The translations under genes and the position numbers were made by a program. This document shows positions 30,630 to 32,000 of a stretch of 32,000 nt of DNA, piece by piece (the stretch's first letter is position 1; every line of letters begins with the position of its first letter). The DNA is from Candidatus Saccharimonadota bacterium (GTDB taxonomy: Bacteria > Patescibacteriota > Gracilibacteria > BD1-5 > UBA2023): the NCBI GenBank assembly GCA_963706795.1, contig OY970170.1:300001-332000 (forward strand), written 5' to 3'. The notes beneath the pieces are model-generated. The model did no database searches. It was not told where the DNA came from and was given only the letters and a program-made list of their open reading frames with translations.

Positions 30630-32000
30630 TTAGGTAAGTGCTTCGATTCGAGATTTCATTTTGTCACAGAGTTGTTTAACGCGCATCTCGGATATAGCTC
30701 TTCTGGCTTTTGTAAATGCAGCGCGCAAGTAGAGAGGATTGATAATATCGTTGATGACAAAGTCATCTTGATCCATACTCCCATCTACCGTGAGTATAGC
30801 CAAGGCTGTATTACAACAAACCAGGTTTATGAGATCTTCATTAGCTGTATTTGAGATAATATCAGCATTAGCAGTATTAATAAGTGTTTCATCTGATGGC
30901 AATAAGGCTGATTCTATATTGATAGATACTCCAAAATCCTTGTCAGAGAGAACGTATTTTCACTTGTATTTACCATTTTGAACCACTCATACCACCGACC
31001 CAAGCGGCGAAAATTCATCAAGGCAGATTTCGGTATGGATATCTTCTTTAGAAATATCAGGAAGTTCGTTGTATCCGCCAACCACGAGGACATTTCAAAC
31101 GTTATATACATTTTTTTCATGAAGTACTTGATATGCTTCACTGATTGTCTGAAAGCGAATATTGTGATTAATTCCGAGAAGTTTATTGAGCTTTGTATCT
31201 TTACTGATAGGGGGTGTGAGGGGTCAGAGAAGATGGTTAACAGTCTCAGTACGCAAAACCTCTCCAGAAATATCATGAATAGACTTTGAAAGCTTGGCAT
31301 CTGTGAAGACATAGCCATCTTGTTCTAATAAATTTTGCGGCTGACTTGATGAATCAAAGGATACATTAAAACCAAAATCCCGAACAGCATCAGTTGATCC
31401 CACTGCAGTAGTATTTTTACCACTTCCATGCTTCATAGTTGGATATCCAAGGGAGGCAACAACAAAGGAAGCAAGGGTAGAAATATTCGCAGATTTACGA
31501 TTGCGAGTCTTATAAGATTGTTTAATTTCACGATCAGGCAAAACAACAGACTCCATCAAGAAGTTATAGTATGCCGTCAGATCAGAATCTTCTAACTCTG
31601 ACGAAAATCCTGTCTTAATTTTGTCATGGAGTGCAGCATATATCTCTCAAAAGTTTGAAACTCCAAATCCTATATCACCTCACATACCGCAAGTCTCCAC
31701 AATCATTGGGGCATTCACTATATACGTAAAATCAAGTCGTGTGGCCGCTACCATTCAAGCGATTTCTTCAGGGGTAATGAGATCTCTTTCTTCTTGAAAG
31801 CGCATAGTAAGAAGAAAAATCACAGCCTCCATCTCGAGCTCGTGGTACGACTTATTAGGACAAATCTTGTTTCTGAGCGTTGGATTATTCACCGTAACAA
31901 TACTCAAAGCACCAGCAAATGCTTCTGCATATGTGAGTGGGGTACCAGATTCAGCTTTTTGGATGAGCTCCATAAAGACACATTCTCTAGCTTGAACAAT
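30630..32000 (-). CDS. Glycosyltransferase family 3 protein (anthranilate phosphoribosyltransferase / nucleoside-AMP phosphorylase-like). The 5' end is possibly beyond the window.
   Basis: The fragments 31755..31973, 31224..31559 and 30630..30902 share one frame, and I translated the linkers and found them open. Motifs: ETCGM-G-GD (compare DTCGTGGD), ANISTLASFVVASLGYPTMKHGS and AVGSTDAVRDFG. A Met lies at 31973, but the frame stays open to base 32000. Longer than a typical TrpD. Confidence 0.7.

Noticed and set aside
1-32000. The ORF track looks like massive pseudogenisation, with nearly every recognisable gene split into 2-7 pieces.
   Set aside because: Every break I checked is a TGA. None is a TAA, a TAG or a frameshift. 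The pieces of each gene are in the same frame, and the TGA codons align with conserved glycines. This is codon reassignment, not decay.
1-32000. TGA=Trp (table 4, Mycoplasma-like) as the explanation for the read-through.
   Set aside because: The TGA positions fall in Gly-invariant motif columns: GxGxxG, Walker A GxxGxGKS, QGGSTIT, DxGTTNS, the Nudix GX5EX7REUXEEXGU box, and GLGYY. Trp would be incompatible at these positions.
1-32000. A search for CRISPR arrays, rRNA/tRNA genes, transposases, integrases, reverse transcriptases or phage structural genes.
   Set aside because: I found no periodic repeat arrays and no intergenic region long enough or structured like a tRNA or rRNA. No product showed DDE, tyrosine or serine recombinase motifs or RT motifs in the table-25 translations I made.

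Overview
This window decodes properly only if TGA is read as glycine (translation table 25, known from Gracilibacteria/BD1-5 and Absconditabacteria/SR1 in the CPR/Patescibacteria). In-frame TGA codons fall on invariant Gly positions in at least eight unrelated protein families. Read this way, the fragmented ORF track collapses into 27 intact genes with no pseudogenes. All coordinates below are hand re-derivations that read through TGA, so they differ from the ORF track. Layout: (1) 1-8.3 kb, an ECF sigma factor with a membrane partner, a small RelE/ParE-type toxin-antitoxin pair, MutY, a class A PBP, a large FtsX-type permease and a small hypothetical protein. (2) 8.5-14.1 kb, a lower-GC six-gene surface-glycan-like operon headed by an Hsp70/YegD-like protein. 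(3) 14.3-18.5 kb, three orphan genes: one secreted, one coiled-coil and one of 656 aa. (4) 18.7-23.4 kb, the most interesting locus. A degenerate GHMP-kinase-like protein fused to an OmpR-type winged helix is tightly coupled to a 1,052-aa NACHT-type STAND NTPase whose ~490-aa N-terminal domain I cannot assign. (5) 23.6-32 kb, an EEP phosphoesterase, an MsbA-like ABC exporter, hisS, rdgB, an AstE/AspA-family protein, a LOG/TIGR00725-like protein, a BtpA-like protein and a glycosyltransferase-family-3 (TrpD-like) protein. Every gene from 5.5 kb to 32 kb is on the minus strand. I saw no rRNA, tRNA, CRISPR array, transposase or integrase. All functional calls rest on motifs I could read by eye; no database search was run.
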